DNA of 62,502 nucleotides, the filler included, from Chiloscyllium plagiosum (taxonomy: Eukaryota): the NCBI RefSeq assembly GCF_004010195.1. It is 5 parts of one record of this genome, joined end to end, with 100 filler letters (N's around TTAATTAATTAA, not from the genome) between each part and the next. Parts side by side here need not be neighbours in the genome. Positions count along the whole stretch, not along the records: positions 1 to 19,693 come from NC_057711.1; 4 more parts are not named here. One strand, written 5' to 3'. The notes beneath the pieces are model-generated. The model worked only from the letters and a program-made list of their open reading frames with translations, did no database searches and had not been told where the DNA came from. Made by a program: the position numbers and the translations under genes. Each line of letters begins with the position of its first letter. Within the stretch, counting starts at the first letter, position 1. Positions 1 through 13,705 of the stretch are shown piece after piece.

Positions 1-187
1 ACCTTCATCTCCACCCCCACCCTCCCCTAGCTTATCTCTCCACACTTCAGGCTCTCTGCCTTTATTCCTGATGAAGGGCTTTTGCCCGAAACGTCGATTT
101 TGCTGAAGCTCCTCGATGCTGCCTGAATTGCTGTGCTCTTCCAGCACCATTGATCTGGTTTCCAGCATCTGCAGTCATTGTTTTTAC
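1..187 (+). mobile_element. Penelope-like element terminal repeat (pLTR) and 3' tail
   Basis: C-rich lead-in, hammerhead core, gatgctgcctgaattgctgtgctcttccagc, tail tctggtttccagcatctgcagtcattgtttttac; related to the repeat joined to Penelope ORF sequence at 20008-20380. Confidence 0.8.
64..99 (+). ncRNA. Minimal type I hammerhead ribozyme motif (Penelope-associated)
   Basis: attc-CTGATGA-a-GGGC-tttt-GCCC-GAAACGTC-gatt: conserved core, stem II, palindromic ACGT in place of stem III. Confidence 0.7.
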
Positions 188-2617
188 ACTGCTAACAGAA
201 AAATCCACTCATCTGCAGTATTTATCAGAAACATAGACACATCCTCTCTCCAATTTTCCACATGATTTGCAGGAGACTCCTGCTGACAGTACAACTTGTA
301 AAATTGCCTCATTAACTTGCTAACACTGGCCACAAAAAATCTATATTAGTGCCTGCAATGACAGAGGGGCATTTGGCTGTTACCATTAGAATACAGGAGT
401 TTAAGGCTTGATTTGTCTGAGGAGGCAGATAGAAACTGATTTCAATAATTAGAGAGGGACCTAGTGCTTGAGGACATGAACATCAGGTTAAATTTCAGAA
501 ACTTAAGGCAATCACAGGATTTTATTTTTATATCATTCAGTATATTAAATGGGGTTTGAGGTGATATGGAAACAAGACAGACATTTGGGATCAGGATCAC
601 TTTCTGATGTGGGAAGAGACACTAATGTCTTCGGTTGAACAGCCTGTTTCTGCTTTACAATTTCAATGTAACGGCAACGCACTACCTCAGATTAGTAAAT
701 GTATCTTAAACACCCATTATGTACCGTTGGATATCTTTAGACTCAAGCCAAATTACCAGTCATTATGCCCACTTGAAGTAGGCACTAGCGTCCCATGGAA
801 AGAGTAGTTAGTGAGGTTCATGACACAGTGCAAGGGTGAATTGTGGGGAGCTGCTGAGGATATGACAGTATTAATGTTCAGTTCTTGTCTGGACCGTCTG
901 TGCTAAAGTATATTTGCAATAATCGTTTCTCTTCTCAAAACAATTGAGCTGATCTTCTCAAATGAACTGATTTCTATAACATAACCGTGGTCATTAATAT
1001 AGAATTGGAACTGAAAATTGTCTGATGAAATTAGCATTCAAATTAATTCAAGTGCCAATATCACACAGTACGGTTTCTGAACTTTGGAACAACTAGACAT
1101 TGAACATTGCATGACAGTAACCTAGAGTTTAATTTTAATAAGGTTCTGATCTGCATTGTAGTTCAGAGGTCTGCTAGATAGGATGAAAAATTAAGCTGTA
1201 GGTCTGCTGATGTGGTGTTATCCAGCAAATTCCAGCCATTTGGTACAGTGGCCTTGCATTGCCACTATTAAATACATGTCACTTGTGGGATGGTGATCGA
1301 GATGTGATCGCGGCTTTGCCCCTATCCTGGCATTTTTGAAAATGTCTTGGGCACGAAGCGATGTATGTAATTGGGCAGCAGGGAATTCCCGGTTGACCTG
1401 TCTCCCACCTTGTCCCCATTTGACTTTCAGACCTGTGTTAGGATTCTACAATCTAATTGATGGACAAGACATGGGTTATGTCCTCTGACCCCCGATTGAG
1501 GGCAGCACATTGAAATTGATTCCCTAATGACTGCAAATTGATGCTCAAAAGCCTCATGAATGGCAAGTGTCCTTCCTTAAATATTGATAAAATCTGGGCC
1601 ATTAAATCCTTGGTATTGTAATACTACTACCTGTGATCTGTAGGCTTTACTTTAAGAAATCTTATGTTGCAATTATACAGGTTTACAAAAAAGATATCTC
1701 AAAGTATCTGAATGACAGATAACATACTTGTGTATCAAGTGAAAGCTATTCTTCATGAACTGAACAATATGAATTTCTCAGTTAGAGTTTGATGTTTGAT
1801 TACAAATTCTTGATGTCAATTTCTTTGCTGTCAGGGTATTCGGCCTCTTGAATGTATTAATTGGAGCCTCATATTTGTTGAATAAGCTCTTAAAGAAATC
1901 AGTTCTCAGTGAGTATGACAGCTTTTGGGTTTAAAGGATGTCTAAAGCCTTCCTGAGGCCACCAACTAAAAGTATGTATTGAAGTTGTCTTTCCTTCCTG
2001 GAGAGAAGGAGTACTCTCCCAACTTCACAGGAGTTGTGATTGCCCCCATCTCCCCATTTCTCATTTCCACACTCTTTTGAGACCCAGGAGACATGGCGCC
2101 CAGAGGGGCAAGATGCCTGAGGAGATGTGAGCAGCCCCAGCAGCTTTTCCCACGTTTGCTGATAAGGCTGCAGGTTCCATTTCTAGTCACACTGGAATCT
2201 CCTGTTTCAGGTGTCTATTAACCATGCAACACAAAATCCTGGCACTAAACACAAAAGCTCAGCTGAATCTTTACTCAGGTGAAGATATTCAATAATCCAT
2301 TTAAATAATAAGCAGTTTGGTTGGATGCCTGAGTCAAGTTATCTCAGCTGGGACATTCAGAAAGAGCACTATAATTGAAGAGGAATCAGTGGACTCAATG
2401 TTAACACTATTTCTCTCTCCATAAATACTGCAAACCTGCTAAATTTCTCCAGGAGGTACAATTTTTTAATTTTCAGATCTCTATCATCCACAGTATTTTG
2501 CTTCTGACTACAATTCATGTAATTAATTTCCCCTCCAATGAATTAAGGAGGGGAAATTCTCACCTACCTTCCTCTCCATGATTGATGTGAACTGTAATGA
2601 TTGGTGTGAATGATTGT

Positions 2618-2905
2618 GGGTGGCATGGTGGGACAGTGCCAGAGACCCGGGTTCAATTCCCGCTTCGGGCAGCTGTCTGTGTGAAGTTTGCACATTCTCC
2701 CGTGTCTGCGTGGGTTTCCTCAGAATGCTCCGGTTTTCACCCACAGTCCCAAAAAAATGTGCAGGTTAGGTGAATTGATCATGCTAAATTGCCCGTAGTG
2801 TTAGGTGAACGGGTAAATGTAGGGGTGGGTTGCTCTTTGGAGGGTCGGTGTGGACCTGTTGGGCTGAAGGGCCTGTTTCCACACTGTAAGTAATCTAATC
2901 TAATC
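2618..2905 (+). mobile_element. HE1-type V-SINE (head partly deleted)
   Basis: B box GGTTCAATTCC, V-domain gtttgcacattctcccgtgtctgcgtgggtttcctc, CR1-like tail, (taatc)n end. Confidence 0.85.
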
Positions 2906-2910
2906 CAAAC

Positions 2911-3505
2911 TGGTCAGAGTATTGAGTACAGGAGTTGGGAGGTCATTTACGGCTGTACAGGATATTGGTTAGGCCACTGTTGGAATATTGCGTGCAATTC
3001 TGGTCTCCTTCCTATTGGAAAGATGTTGTGAAATTTGAAAGGGTTCAGAAAAGATTTACAAGGATGCTGCCAGGATTGGAGGATTTGAGCTATTGGAAGA
3101 GGTTGAATAGGGTGGGGCTGTTTTCCCTGGAGCGTCGGAGGCTGAGGGATGACCTTATTGAGGGGGATAGGTAGGTTAAATAGACAAAGTCTTTTCCCTG
3201 GGATTGGGAGTCCAGAACGAGAGGGCATAGGTTTAGGGTGAGAGGGGAAAGATATAAAAGAGGCCTAAGGGGCAATCATTTCACTTATAGGGTGGTACAT
3301 GTATGGAATGAGCTGCCAGAGGAAGTGGTGGAGGCTAGTACAATTGGAACATTTAAGAGGCATTTGGATGGATATATGAATAGGAAGGATTTGGAGGGAT
3401 ATGGGCCAAGTGCTGGCAGGTGGGACTAGATTGTGTTGGGATATCTAGTTGGCATGGATGAGTTGGGTTTGTTTCCATGCTGTACATCTTTATGACTCTA
3501 TGACT
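2911..3505 (+). mobile_element. CR1/HER1 LINE 3' fragment
   Basis: LYRILVRPLLEYCVQFWSP...RRRLRDDLI, 3' UTR, (tctatgac)n tail. Confidence 0.9.
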
Positions 3506-5374
3506 CTAAATATATTTGACTGGGAAATAAATGAGACGAATTTGAGAGGGAGGGCACACATTATTTTAAAACACTTTAAAGATAAATATTCAGGTAGGAA
3601 TTCACCTTTAAAGAAACCATTGCAACAGGCAGAAAAAGCCAGAAAGGTCCACTTTGAAATTAGAATACACCTAGAAATGGGCATGGAGATGACACACATA
3701 ATATTATGACATAATTATTATTAAAGTAATTGAGGAGTACTCAAAACAGATAACAAGAAAAGTATAAAGAATGAAGGCTTTGAAAAAGACATGACATTTT
3801 CACGCTTAGGTGTGACGTTAAGATGCTAACAGAAGGAATACTGAAACTATCCAACTGAAAAAACATGACAAATATCCGAATCACATCAGTACCACTAATT
3901 ACCAGGATCAGACACTCATGAAGACAGAAATGAAATAACTTTACTGAGAAATCCTGAATGAATGATTCTTGTAAGATGAAGGCATTAAAGAGTGATGGAA
4001 GGAATATCCATGTATAAAAAAAATAAACTGACGACATAAAGAATCACAACTTCATAAAGGAATCTTCACTGAATAATAACGGAATTATATTAAATGATAC
4101 AGCATCAGATGAGAGTGGGAGAAACCTACATATAAAGGGTTAACACCAACATTTCCATAGCAGGAAGGATTTAAACAATATAAAAATAAGACCCTTTCAC
4201 TAACATTTCAGAAGTATTAAGAACACTCAGATAATACTTCTGAAAATATATTTTTTTCCAGGAGACAACACCTTATTCACTTGTGGCTTGCAAGTAAAGA
4301 TTTACTTTAAATATTGATCGATATTCCATTCTTGGATATTGTCACATTTTTTCACTCCTGTCTATTCTTAGATATTCTTGAATATTTAGAAATAATATCT
4401 AATTGGATGCTATTACATTTGAGATTACACCTTTTGACAGTTCTTCAGGTTATATTTATCCACTTAAAAATGTATTGCTTGTTAACTTCCATTAATAAAG
4501 TCATAACATAAGCAAATCATTTCATTTAAGTTTTTCTGTTAAAACTAAAATTAACCCTACACTCTATATTCTTCTTAAATGGAGAAGTGAGAAATTAAAA
4601 TATGCTACAAATATAATTAATTTGTTATTAAAATTAAAGTATGTTCATAGCTTAGCTAAGATTTATTAAGCAGGCTATTTGGAGGAAGGCAACATTCTCA
4701 GCAGCTTCTTCCCCTGTGAGATGGTAAAACCTGTAGACCCAGGGATGGGATTGACAGACTTGAACTCAGTGAACAGGAGTTACCAGGGAAACACTCCTGA
4801 TCTAAATTAGCTCTAAATAAGAGCTGAAAGATATAAATTGCTTTTGAGTGAGTGTGGCGGGATATTGGTTGATGAAATATAGAGGACATCCACTGCAACC
4901 AAATGGCTTGTTACCAGTTGAATCCACAAGACCCACAAAACAACAGAGTTGCATTCAGCATAAGAAAGAAAACAAAGGCATTCAAACCTCTGCCCTGTGA
5001 CGATTTTTCCTTTTAAGTGTTTCCAACAGTTGCTGCTCTTTTGGAGGTTCATAGGTACTCCTGGGAATCTGAATAATAAGAGAGAGAAACATAAGACTGA
5101 GACAACACTTGCCTGAAATATCAGTAAGCTCATAAAGCCTATTCATTTATCTGTTTAAAAGGGTATTAGATACTATTCACGACCCAACAAGGCCATGCCA
5201 GTGATTATGCTCTACAGCAACAGTGTTCTCATCAGCCCCCTTTTTATGAATCATGTGAACATATCCTATTACTTATCATATTTCTTTTGCTGTATTGAAT
5301 TTATTTTAGGAACAAAGAATAACTTAATATAGTTTTGTGTTAAAAAGGGGGAAGCATGGATTTATTCCATTTTT

Positions 5375-6850
5375 AAGACCATAAGCCCATTAGGTTAGCA
5401 GCAGAAGTTGGCCACTTGTTCTATCGAGTCTGGTCTGCCATCCACTGCAATCACTGCCTTTTCTCTATAACCCTTGTTTCTCTGAAAAACCCAGCCTCCT
5501 GCAGTAAAGAAATCAACAATTATACTACCTTCTGAGAGAAGAAATTCCTCCTAATCTCTGTCTTAAATGTGCAGCCCCTTATTCTGAGGTCATACCCTCT
5601 GGTCCTAGATTCTCCCACAGGGGATATGACCTTTCTGCACCTATCATGTCAAGGCCATTTAAGATCTTTCAATTCGGTCACCTTGTTACGAAAGTCCAAT
5701 GAGTACAGACTCAACCTGCTCAACCACTCCTCATAAGACAGTCTTTCTGTAGGTGGGATCAACCCAGTGTATCTTATCTGAACTGCCTCTAAGAGCAGTA
5801 AATCTTTCCTGAGAGAAGGGGCTCAAAACTGTTTGCGGTATTCCAGCTGTGGTCTGACCAGTGCCATGTTTAGTTGTAATGAGACCTCCCTATTTTTGCA
5901 TTGTATTCCCAATAAAGGCCAACTTGAATTTGAATGGTAGCTTTTGTGATTTTTGCATGAGGAATCCCAAATCCTTCTGTGCTGTAGCTTTCTGCAATCT
6001 TTCTCCATTTAAATAATATTTGGTTCTCTATTCTTCCTCCTGAGGTATATAATCTCACAACACATTCCATCTGCCAAGTTTTTGCCTACTCGCTCAACCC
6101 TTCTATATCCCACTGCCGACTCTTTGCCTCATCTTCAGCACTTACTTTCCCACTTGTTTTAGTGTCATCCACAAACTTGGCTATAGTGCACAAAATCAAA
6201 AATTGCTGGAAAAACACAGCAGGTCTGGCATTACCTGTGTACAGAAAGCATACTCAATGTTTTGGGAATTGTGGCCAGAGCACTGAGCTTTGCAGCACTC
6301 CACTAATCAAGGGTTGCCATCCTGAAAATGCACTGCCCTTATCTCAAAACTCTGTCTTCTATTAGTTAGCTAATCCTGTTTCCATGCTAATATATTACCT
6401 TCAAGAACCATAGTCTCTTTTCTTGTTAATGCCTTCTGAAATTCCAAATATATTACACCCATTGCTTCCCCTTCATATATCCTGCTTGTTACCTTCTCAA
6501 AGAATTGTAATAAATTTGTCAGGTATTATTTCCTCTTCGTGACACCATGCATTATCATATTATTCATTTCTAAAATGCTCAGCTATTACATGTTTTAATA
6601 GATTCAACATTTTCCTGATAAAAAGCTGTTAAGCTAACTGGCCAATAGTTACTTGTATTTTGTTCTCTTTCCTTTTTAAATGAAGGTTTTCATTGGCAGT
6701 TTTCTAATCCTTTGAGACTTGCTCAAGATTGAAGGATTCCTGAAAGATTACTATCTCTGGAGTTACTTCTTTCAATATCCAAGCAAGTATTTCATCAGGT
6801 CCATGGAACTTCTTGCTCCTTTGCCCGATTAGTTTCTCTGGTACTTTTTT
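5375..6850 (-). mobile_element. Degraded CR1 LINE, with a short Penelope-derived remnant at ~6190-6265
   Basis: Minus-strand LVRPQLEYRKQF and GPDEILAWILKEV motifs. Confidence 0.75.
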
Positions 6851-6854
6851 TTTG

Positions 6855-7935
6855 TACGAAGAACAAAGAAAAATACAAACAGGCCCTACAGCTGACACAT
6901 TTTGCCCTTCCCTACTAAAACTGTCTTCACTTTCAGGATCTGTATCCCTCTATTCCCTTCCTATTTATATAGATGCTTCTATTGTGTCTGCTTCCACCAC
7001 CTCTTCTGGCAGCATGTTTCAGGTACTCACCACTCTTTGTGTGAAAAACGTGCCTCACACATCTCTTTTAAACTTCCCTCTTTGCACTTTGAACTTGTGT
7101 CCCCAAGTAACTGACCCCTCCACCCTGGAAAAAAGCCTCATACGTTCCACTCTATCCATGCCATTCACAATCTTATAAACTTCTAGCAGGTTGCCCCTCA
7201 ACATCCTGTGTTCCAGTGAAAACAAACCCAGACTATCCAACCTTTCTTCATAGCTAAAATCCCCCATACCAAGCAACATCCTAGTAAACCTCTTCAGTAC
7301 CCTCTGTATCCACATCCTTCTGGTAATGCGGTGACCAGAACTGTACACAATATTCCAAGTGGGACCTAACTATAGTTCTATGAAGCTTCAGCATAACTTG
7401 CCTATCCTTATTCTCAATGCCCCTTCCAAAGAGGACAAGCATGCTATAGACTTTTTTTATTACCTTATCTGCCTATGCTGCTACCTTCAGTAATCTGTGG
7501 ACTTGTATACCTAGATCCCTCTGAATATCAATGCTCCTGAGTTTTCTGCCAGGAAAGTTTCACCAATACTTGACCTTCTAAAATGCATCACCTCACATTT
7601 GGTCGGATTAAACTTCATCTGCCTTTTGTACCAGTCTGCCATGAGGGACCTTGTCAAAGGCTCGATCAAAGTCCATGTAGACAACAAGCATTGCTTTTCC
7701 CTCATCAATCATCTTCACCACCTCCTCAAAAACTCAATCAAGTTGATGTGGCAGCACCTCCCTTGCACAAAACCATGTTGTCCATTGCTAATAAGTCCAT
7801 TTGCTTCCGAACTCAGAAAGATCACAACTCTAAGAATCTTTTCCAATAATTTCTCTACCACTGATGTAAGGCTCATAGGCTTGTAATTTCCTGGATTAAC
7901 TCTGGTACCCTTCTTAAACAAAGGGACTCTCACTG
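6855..7935 (-). mobile_element. CR1 LINE fragment (RT and 3' end)
   Basis: VPLFKKGTRVNPGNYKPMSLTSVVEKLLE, QHGF, RFTRMLLGMGDFSYEERL. Confidence 0.85.
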
Positions 7936-7989
7936 CTGGCCCTCTTGCTTTAGAAGGGATGTAGTTATATAGGAGGTAGTTCAGAGAAG

Positions 7990-8455
7990 ATTCACTTGAT
8001 TGATTCCATAGAAAAGGATTTTGTCTCACAAGAGAGATGAAGCAGTTTAAGTCTATACACTCTGGAGTTTAGAAGAATGAGAGGAGATCTAATTGAGTTA
8101 TAGAAAATGCTAAAGGGTGCTGACAAAGTAGACAAAGAAAGGATAGCTCCTCATGGGGCAATCTTGAATGAAAGATTATTGGTTTAGGATAAAGAGTGGC
8201 AGACATAAAACAGAGACAATAAAAATGATTTCCCTCAAAGAGCTATGAATCTGTGCAATTCACTATCTCAGAGTGCAGTAGATGCTGGGACGTTGAGTAA
8301 ATTTAAAGAGGATATAGGCAAATTTGTAATTAGTAATGGGAAGAAGGGTTATAGAAAAGAGGCAGGAAATTGGAGTTGAGGCCAAGCTGAGATCAGCCAT
8401 GATTGTATCAAATGGCTAAGGGGTTAAATTTCCTACACCTGCTATTTCCTACATT
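7990..8455 (+). mobile_element. Degraded CR1 3' fragment
   Basis: ctggagtttagaagaatgagaggagatctaattga motif and CR1 3' UTR. Confidence 0.7.
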
Positions 8456-8932
8456 CTACCGTATTATTATTTTTGTGGTTGTCTTGAAAGTTTTCCCAAT
8501 CCTCTGGTTTAGCACTTATCTTTGTTTCATTGTATGTTTTGTTTTTAATTTGAAACTATCCTTAACTCCCCTGGTCAACCATAGTCAATTTATCCTCTTC
8601 CGAGAATCTTTGTTTCTGCAGGAATATATTATTGTTGTGAGCCATGAACCATTGTCTTTCCTGACAAACCTCTTTTCTAGTTCACTCCAAGTAGCTCTGC
8701 CCTCATTACTTTGTAGTTACTCTTATTTATGTTTCCTTACTTTTTTTAAAAATTTCTGTCCCATGTCTCTACTTTTTAAACCTCTGAAAATATCTTCTCT
8801 TCAGGTACCATTTCAATTCTCTTTTGGAAGTTAGAACTGAGTTCTACTGTGACGTACTGCTGCTTCCAGCACCATTTCAGACAGCATATTTCCATCATAA
8901 CAATCCACTGCATTAAAAATTTTGCTCCTCTA

Positions 8933-9263
8933 ATGGTGGCTCAGTGATTAGCACTGCTGCCTCACAGCACTAGTGACCCAGGTTTGATTCCAGCCTCAGG
9001 CAACTGTCTGTGTGGAGTTTGCACATTCTCCCCCATGTCTGTGTGGGTTTCCTCCGGGTGCTCCGTTTTCCTCCCACAATCCAAAGATGTGCAGGTCAGC
9101 TGAATTGGTCATGCTAAATTGGTCATGCTAAATTGACCATAGTGTTAGGTGCATTAGTCAAAGGGAAATGGGTATGGGTGGGTTACTCTTCAGAAGGTCA
9201 GTGTGGACTGGTTGGGCCAAAGGGCCTGTCTCCGCACTGTAGGGAATCTAACCTAATCTAATC
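8933..9263 (+). mobile_element. HE1-type V-SINE, within degraded minus-strand CR1 sequence (~8460-10050)
   Basis: A box tggctcagtg, B box ggtttgattcc, V-domain, (taatc)n tail. Confidence 0.88.
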
Positions 9264-11182
9264 AACACTGTTTCTTTAGCAAATCAACTCTGATCTGTTA
9301 GCAATCCTTCTGGCAGTGGAAATAATTTCTATTAACTCCAACAAAACCTTTCTGACTTTGAACATCTCAGTCAAATTTCCTTTGCACCATCTCTGCTCAA
9401 ATGAGTTTCTCCATATAAGTGAAGTCTCTCATCCCTTGTACCATTCTAGTAAATTACTTTTGTACGCTCTCCAAGGTCCTGACACCTTCCTGAAGTGTGT
9501 GCCCAGAACAGAACAGAATAAAGTCAAACTGAAGTTCTGTCTTGCAAATTTTTATAGTCTGTGAAAACCATATAGAATGCTTGATGTTCACAGACTTCCC
9601 ATCTTGTTCTACCACCTTCCAGCATTTGTGTACATACCCTCACATTTTTTCTGTTCCTTCATCCTCAAAAAATGTACCTGTGAGTTACTATTGCCTCTCC
9701 TCAATCTTTCTACCACATTGCATTATTTCATTCCTCACTGCATTAAGTTTCATCTGCCATATATCTATCCATTGTACTACATTCTTCAAGGTCTGTTACT
9801 AAATTTACCAGTATTTATTATATTTTAGAGTTTCATGTCACCTGCAAGCTTTGAAATTATCACAATGGACCTAAGTCCAGTTCATAAATATGCACATAAG
9901 AGAGTAAAATGGTGCAGAACAATTCTGGTTATATCCGCCAAGCCTGAAAAACAACTGTTCACTGTCACTCTTTGTTTTCTGTTCTGTAATTAGCCAATAC
10001 TTATTGCCATTGTCCCTTTAATCTCATGGGTTTACTTTGGTTTATAAATCTGTGACCTTCAATGCAATAAATGAGGAACAGAAGGTTTTTTTTAAATACA
10101 GATGTCACACAGGTGCTATTTCTGGGATCTTGGGACTTGGTCACCCCATGAGACCAAACACATTAAACACTGCAGCATTAGAAAGCAGTTTAGCTATTTT
10201 AGGTGTTCCAAGAGGGCATGGCTGTCTTAAAAGCACTGATGTGCTGAGCTACCCAGAGAGTGAGGCCCTGCTGATTATTGTTATGTCAAGCCATTTCATG
10301 AATCAATAATTTAGAGTTCACTGCAAGGAAAATCTATTCAAAGCCTTGGAGATTGAGGATTGTAGGTATTTTCCAAATCAACTGCCCTGGAGCAGGTGGA
10401 ACTTGAGCCTAGGACTCCTCCTCAGAGGTAGGGATACCACACTGCACTACAAAGGGTTTAGGATTGGAACCTGAGAGGTGGAACAGTTGATAGCATTTTT
10501 CAAATCAATCATCACAGCTTTAAGTAAAGAAGATAGAAACACGTTCGGAACAAGAAACGCCCTATATTCAATCCCTCCACAGTTTCAGGATGTTTCAGTC
10601 AACCAAAGAATGTTTCCTTGCTGATAACCCATGTTAGATTAAGCAACACTGTTTTCTAACAAATGCTTTGCCAAATTCATTTTTGTAGTAAACTGCACCT
10701 TTTATTATTTTAATGCAGCTGATATCAGTGGTGCACCTTTCTGACTGTTCCTCATTCAGTACGCTGCTGGCAAGTTATTTATTTTTACAGTATAAAATCT
10801 GCCAGGTTCTAGTGAAAGAACAGCATAAGGGATAAAGGCAGTTCTTTCAAAGAAAGACAGATTGCTGATGACAAGATGAACTAAGGTGATTTTAAGTTTT
10901 AACTGCACATCTCTAATCCATGTTTAAGATTTTAAATATATTAGTATTTTCCTTTGTATATTATTTTGGTCTGTATGTCTCCTACTGCTCCCTGTCTCCA
11001 GCATTCTTGGGGGTTAGAAACTATAGAACCATAGAAACAACGCAACACTTCGGCCCATTTCATCTTCGTTGACCCAAATACACCTAGGTGCCCTCTCTAA
11101 TCCTGTGCATGGCCCATAGCCCTGCAGCTCACAGCACTTAAAATACAGATCCAGGTACGTTTAAACGAAGTTCAGAGTCTTA

Positions 11183-11528
11183 GGGTGGCACGGTGGCTCA
11201 ATGGTTAGCACTGCTGCCTCACAATGCCAGGGTCCCAGGTTTGATTCTAGCCTCAGGTGATTGTCTGTGTAGAGTTTGCATGTTCTCCTCGTGTCAGCGT
11301 GGGCCTTCTCCAGGTGCTCCGGTTTCCTCCCGAAGCCCAAAGATGTGTAGGTTAGGTGAATTGGCTATGCTAAATTGTCCATAGTGTTTGTGAAGTGTGG
11401 GTTAGGTGCATTAGTCATGGAAAATGTAGGGTTATAGTTAAGGAGATGGGCTGAGGGGGTTACTCTTCTGAGGGTCGGTGTGGACTTGTTGGGCCAAATG
11501 GCCTGTTTCCATGCTGTAGGTGTTCTAA
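11183..11528 (+). mobile_element. HE1-type V-SINE
   Basis: gggtggcacggtggctcaatggttagcactgctgcctcac head, V-domain, CR1-like tail. Confidence 0.88.
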
Positions 11529-11654
11529 GGTTTACCTCCACCACCAACTCAGGCAGTGAATTCCAGACACCCACCCTCTGTGTAAAAAGAAGTTTTCCTC
11601 ATTTCCCCTCTCATCCTTAGCTTGAACCTATGACCCCTGGTTTATGAACTCTCT

Positions 11655-11939
11655 AGGAGAAAGTGAGGGTGCCTAGGTAACCTCCAACCACAAGGGATGA
11701 ACTCAGATTTCTCCAGTTTCCTCATTTCCCCTCCCCCCACCTTGTCTCAGTCCCAACCCTCGAACTCAGCACCACCTTCCTAACCTGCAATCTTCTTCCT
11801 GACCTCTCNNNNNNNNNNNNNNNNNNNNNNNNNNNNNNNNNNNNNNNNNNNNNNNNNNNGCTCATGCCCGAAACGTCGATTCTCCTGCTCCTTGGATGCT
11901 GCCTAACCTGCTGTGCGTTTCAGCAACACATTTTCAGCA
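11655..11939. mobile_element. Penelope insertion: very short minus-strand tail plus long inverted pLTR copy
   Basis: TSD GTTTATGAACTCTCT at 11640-11654 and 11940-11954; aggagaaagtgagg at left end; plus-strand copy ends at ...ttttcagc. Confidence 0.8.
11809..11859. other. Assembly gap inside a Penelope insertion
   Basis: 51 N, no linker core. Confidence 0.95.
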
Positions 11940-13596
11940 GTTTATGAACTCTCTGCCAAGGGAAACAAGTTTGTCCTGTCTAGTCTATCTTTACCTCTCA
12001 ATTTTGTATACTGCAATCATGTCACTCCTCAGCCTTTTCTGTTCCAAGCTAAACAATTCCAATCTCTCTTCGGAGTTACAATTCTCCAACTCTGGCTGCA
12101 TCCTAGTAAATCCTCTCTGCGCTATCTCCAGAGCAATTACATCTTTCCTGTAATGTGGTGACCAAAACTGCACACAATACTCAGCACTGTCTCATATAGT
12201 TTCATCATTACGCCCCTATTTTTATATTCAAAACCCCTGCCAATGAAGGAGAGCATTCCATATGCCTTCTTTACAAGCTCACCTATGTGCTTTGCTCTTG
12301 CAAGCTGAGATCTCTAACGTCATCCACTCCTCTCAGTATTTTGCCATTTATTTTGTTTCCCTTTTACTATTTGACCTCCCTAAATACATTACCTCAATCT
12401 TAACAGAGTTGAACTCCATCTGCCACTTTCCTACCCACTCCACCACCCCATCTCTCCCATTTTGGAGCTTACAGCTATCCTGTACACTATCCACTATGCA
12501 GCCAATTTTTGTATCATCTGCAAATGTCCCAATTGTAGCCCACATGTTCAAATCCAAATTGTTAATGTATAAAGCCAACAGCAGTGGTCCCAACACCGAG
12601 CCCTGGAGAATACTGCTTGAAGCAGCTTTCCATTTGCAAGGGCAGCCATCAACCATAACCCTTTGTTTCTTATTACAAAATCAACTTTGGATCCAATTTG
12701 ACACATCACCTTGTATCCAATTAGCTTTTACTTTTTTGATCAGCTTGTCATGTTGGACTTCATCAAATACATTACTAAAACCCTTGCAGAATACATCCAC
12801 TGCACCACCCTCAACAATCCACGTTGTCACATCCATAGAGAATTCAATTAAATTTGTAAGGCATGACTTTCACTTGACAAAGCCATGCTGACTATCTCTG
12901 ACTACTCCATGCCTCTCGAAGTGACAGTTTATTCAATCTCTCAGGATTGATTCTAACAATTTGGCCAACACCAAAATAAGACTAACTGGCCTCTCATTGT
13001 TTGGCATTCCCTTTGTACAGGTTGTAGTAGGAGAATGAAGTTTTATGGCCTGTTGACTGTGGCTGTCAGTGCTGCTCTTGATCGGGCAGTATATCTGTGC
13101 AATGTAACACTTATCTTGCTTATGATTGTCAGTCATTCCAGCACCCACAATGAATGGACCTTTGACAGAGAACTCCGACAGGACTCCTCATGCCTCAAGA
13201 AGTCACTTATTCTCAACCATGCTGTTTTTATCACGTAAATATGACACAATGATTGTAATCATAATTTGAAAAGACAATGAAGCTTTTGAGTGTCATGAGC
13301 TCATTTCTTAATAAGAGAGCTGTTTACTTAAATTGATTATTGTTTGGAAATTATCCTGCTACCGGGGATGTTGACAATTACCCAGACTTCTCAGTGTTAT
13401 TGTCTTAGAAAAACATTGTTTACAAAATAGCACAGGACACAGGTGCACAAAAAGCAATTATGATAAGATGAGATAGAAAATCTTGAACTGTATAGCTTTC
13501 ATACACTTTGGACATTTCAAAGGGCTTCATAGCCAGTTACATCCTCTTTAAGTTTAGTCAATGTTGTAAAAACCTGTGAATACATTGGTTTAGGGT

Positions 13597-13705
13597 TCCT
13601 GTGGTGTAGTGGTAGTGCCCCTACCTCACCCTGGAGGCCAGGATTCAAGTCTCATCTGCTCTAGAGCTGTGCTATAGCATACCTGCACAGGTTGATTAAA
13701 AATAT
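13597..13705 (+). mobile_element. Short tRNA-derived SINE head (family unnamed); related copies at ~10390-10455 (-) and ~49905-50012 (-)
   Basis: tgtggtgtagtggtagtgccct...ggattcaagtc A/B-box-like; three similar copies in the window. Confidence 0.55.

Larger units (their letters stand above)
11020..13010 (-). mobile_element. CR1 LINE (RT to 3' end), interrupted by an HE1 SINE and a Penelope insertion
   Basis: QGSVLGPLL...FADDTKIG...KWQMEFN; QFWSPHYRKD... Confidence 0.88.

Noticed and set aside
10709..10759. Possible GC-AG exon (LISVVHLSDCSSFSTLL, approximate position)
   Set aside because: Non-canonical donor, no recognised homology; likely chance.
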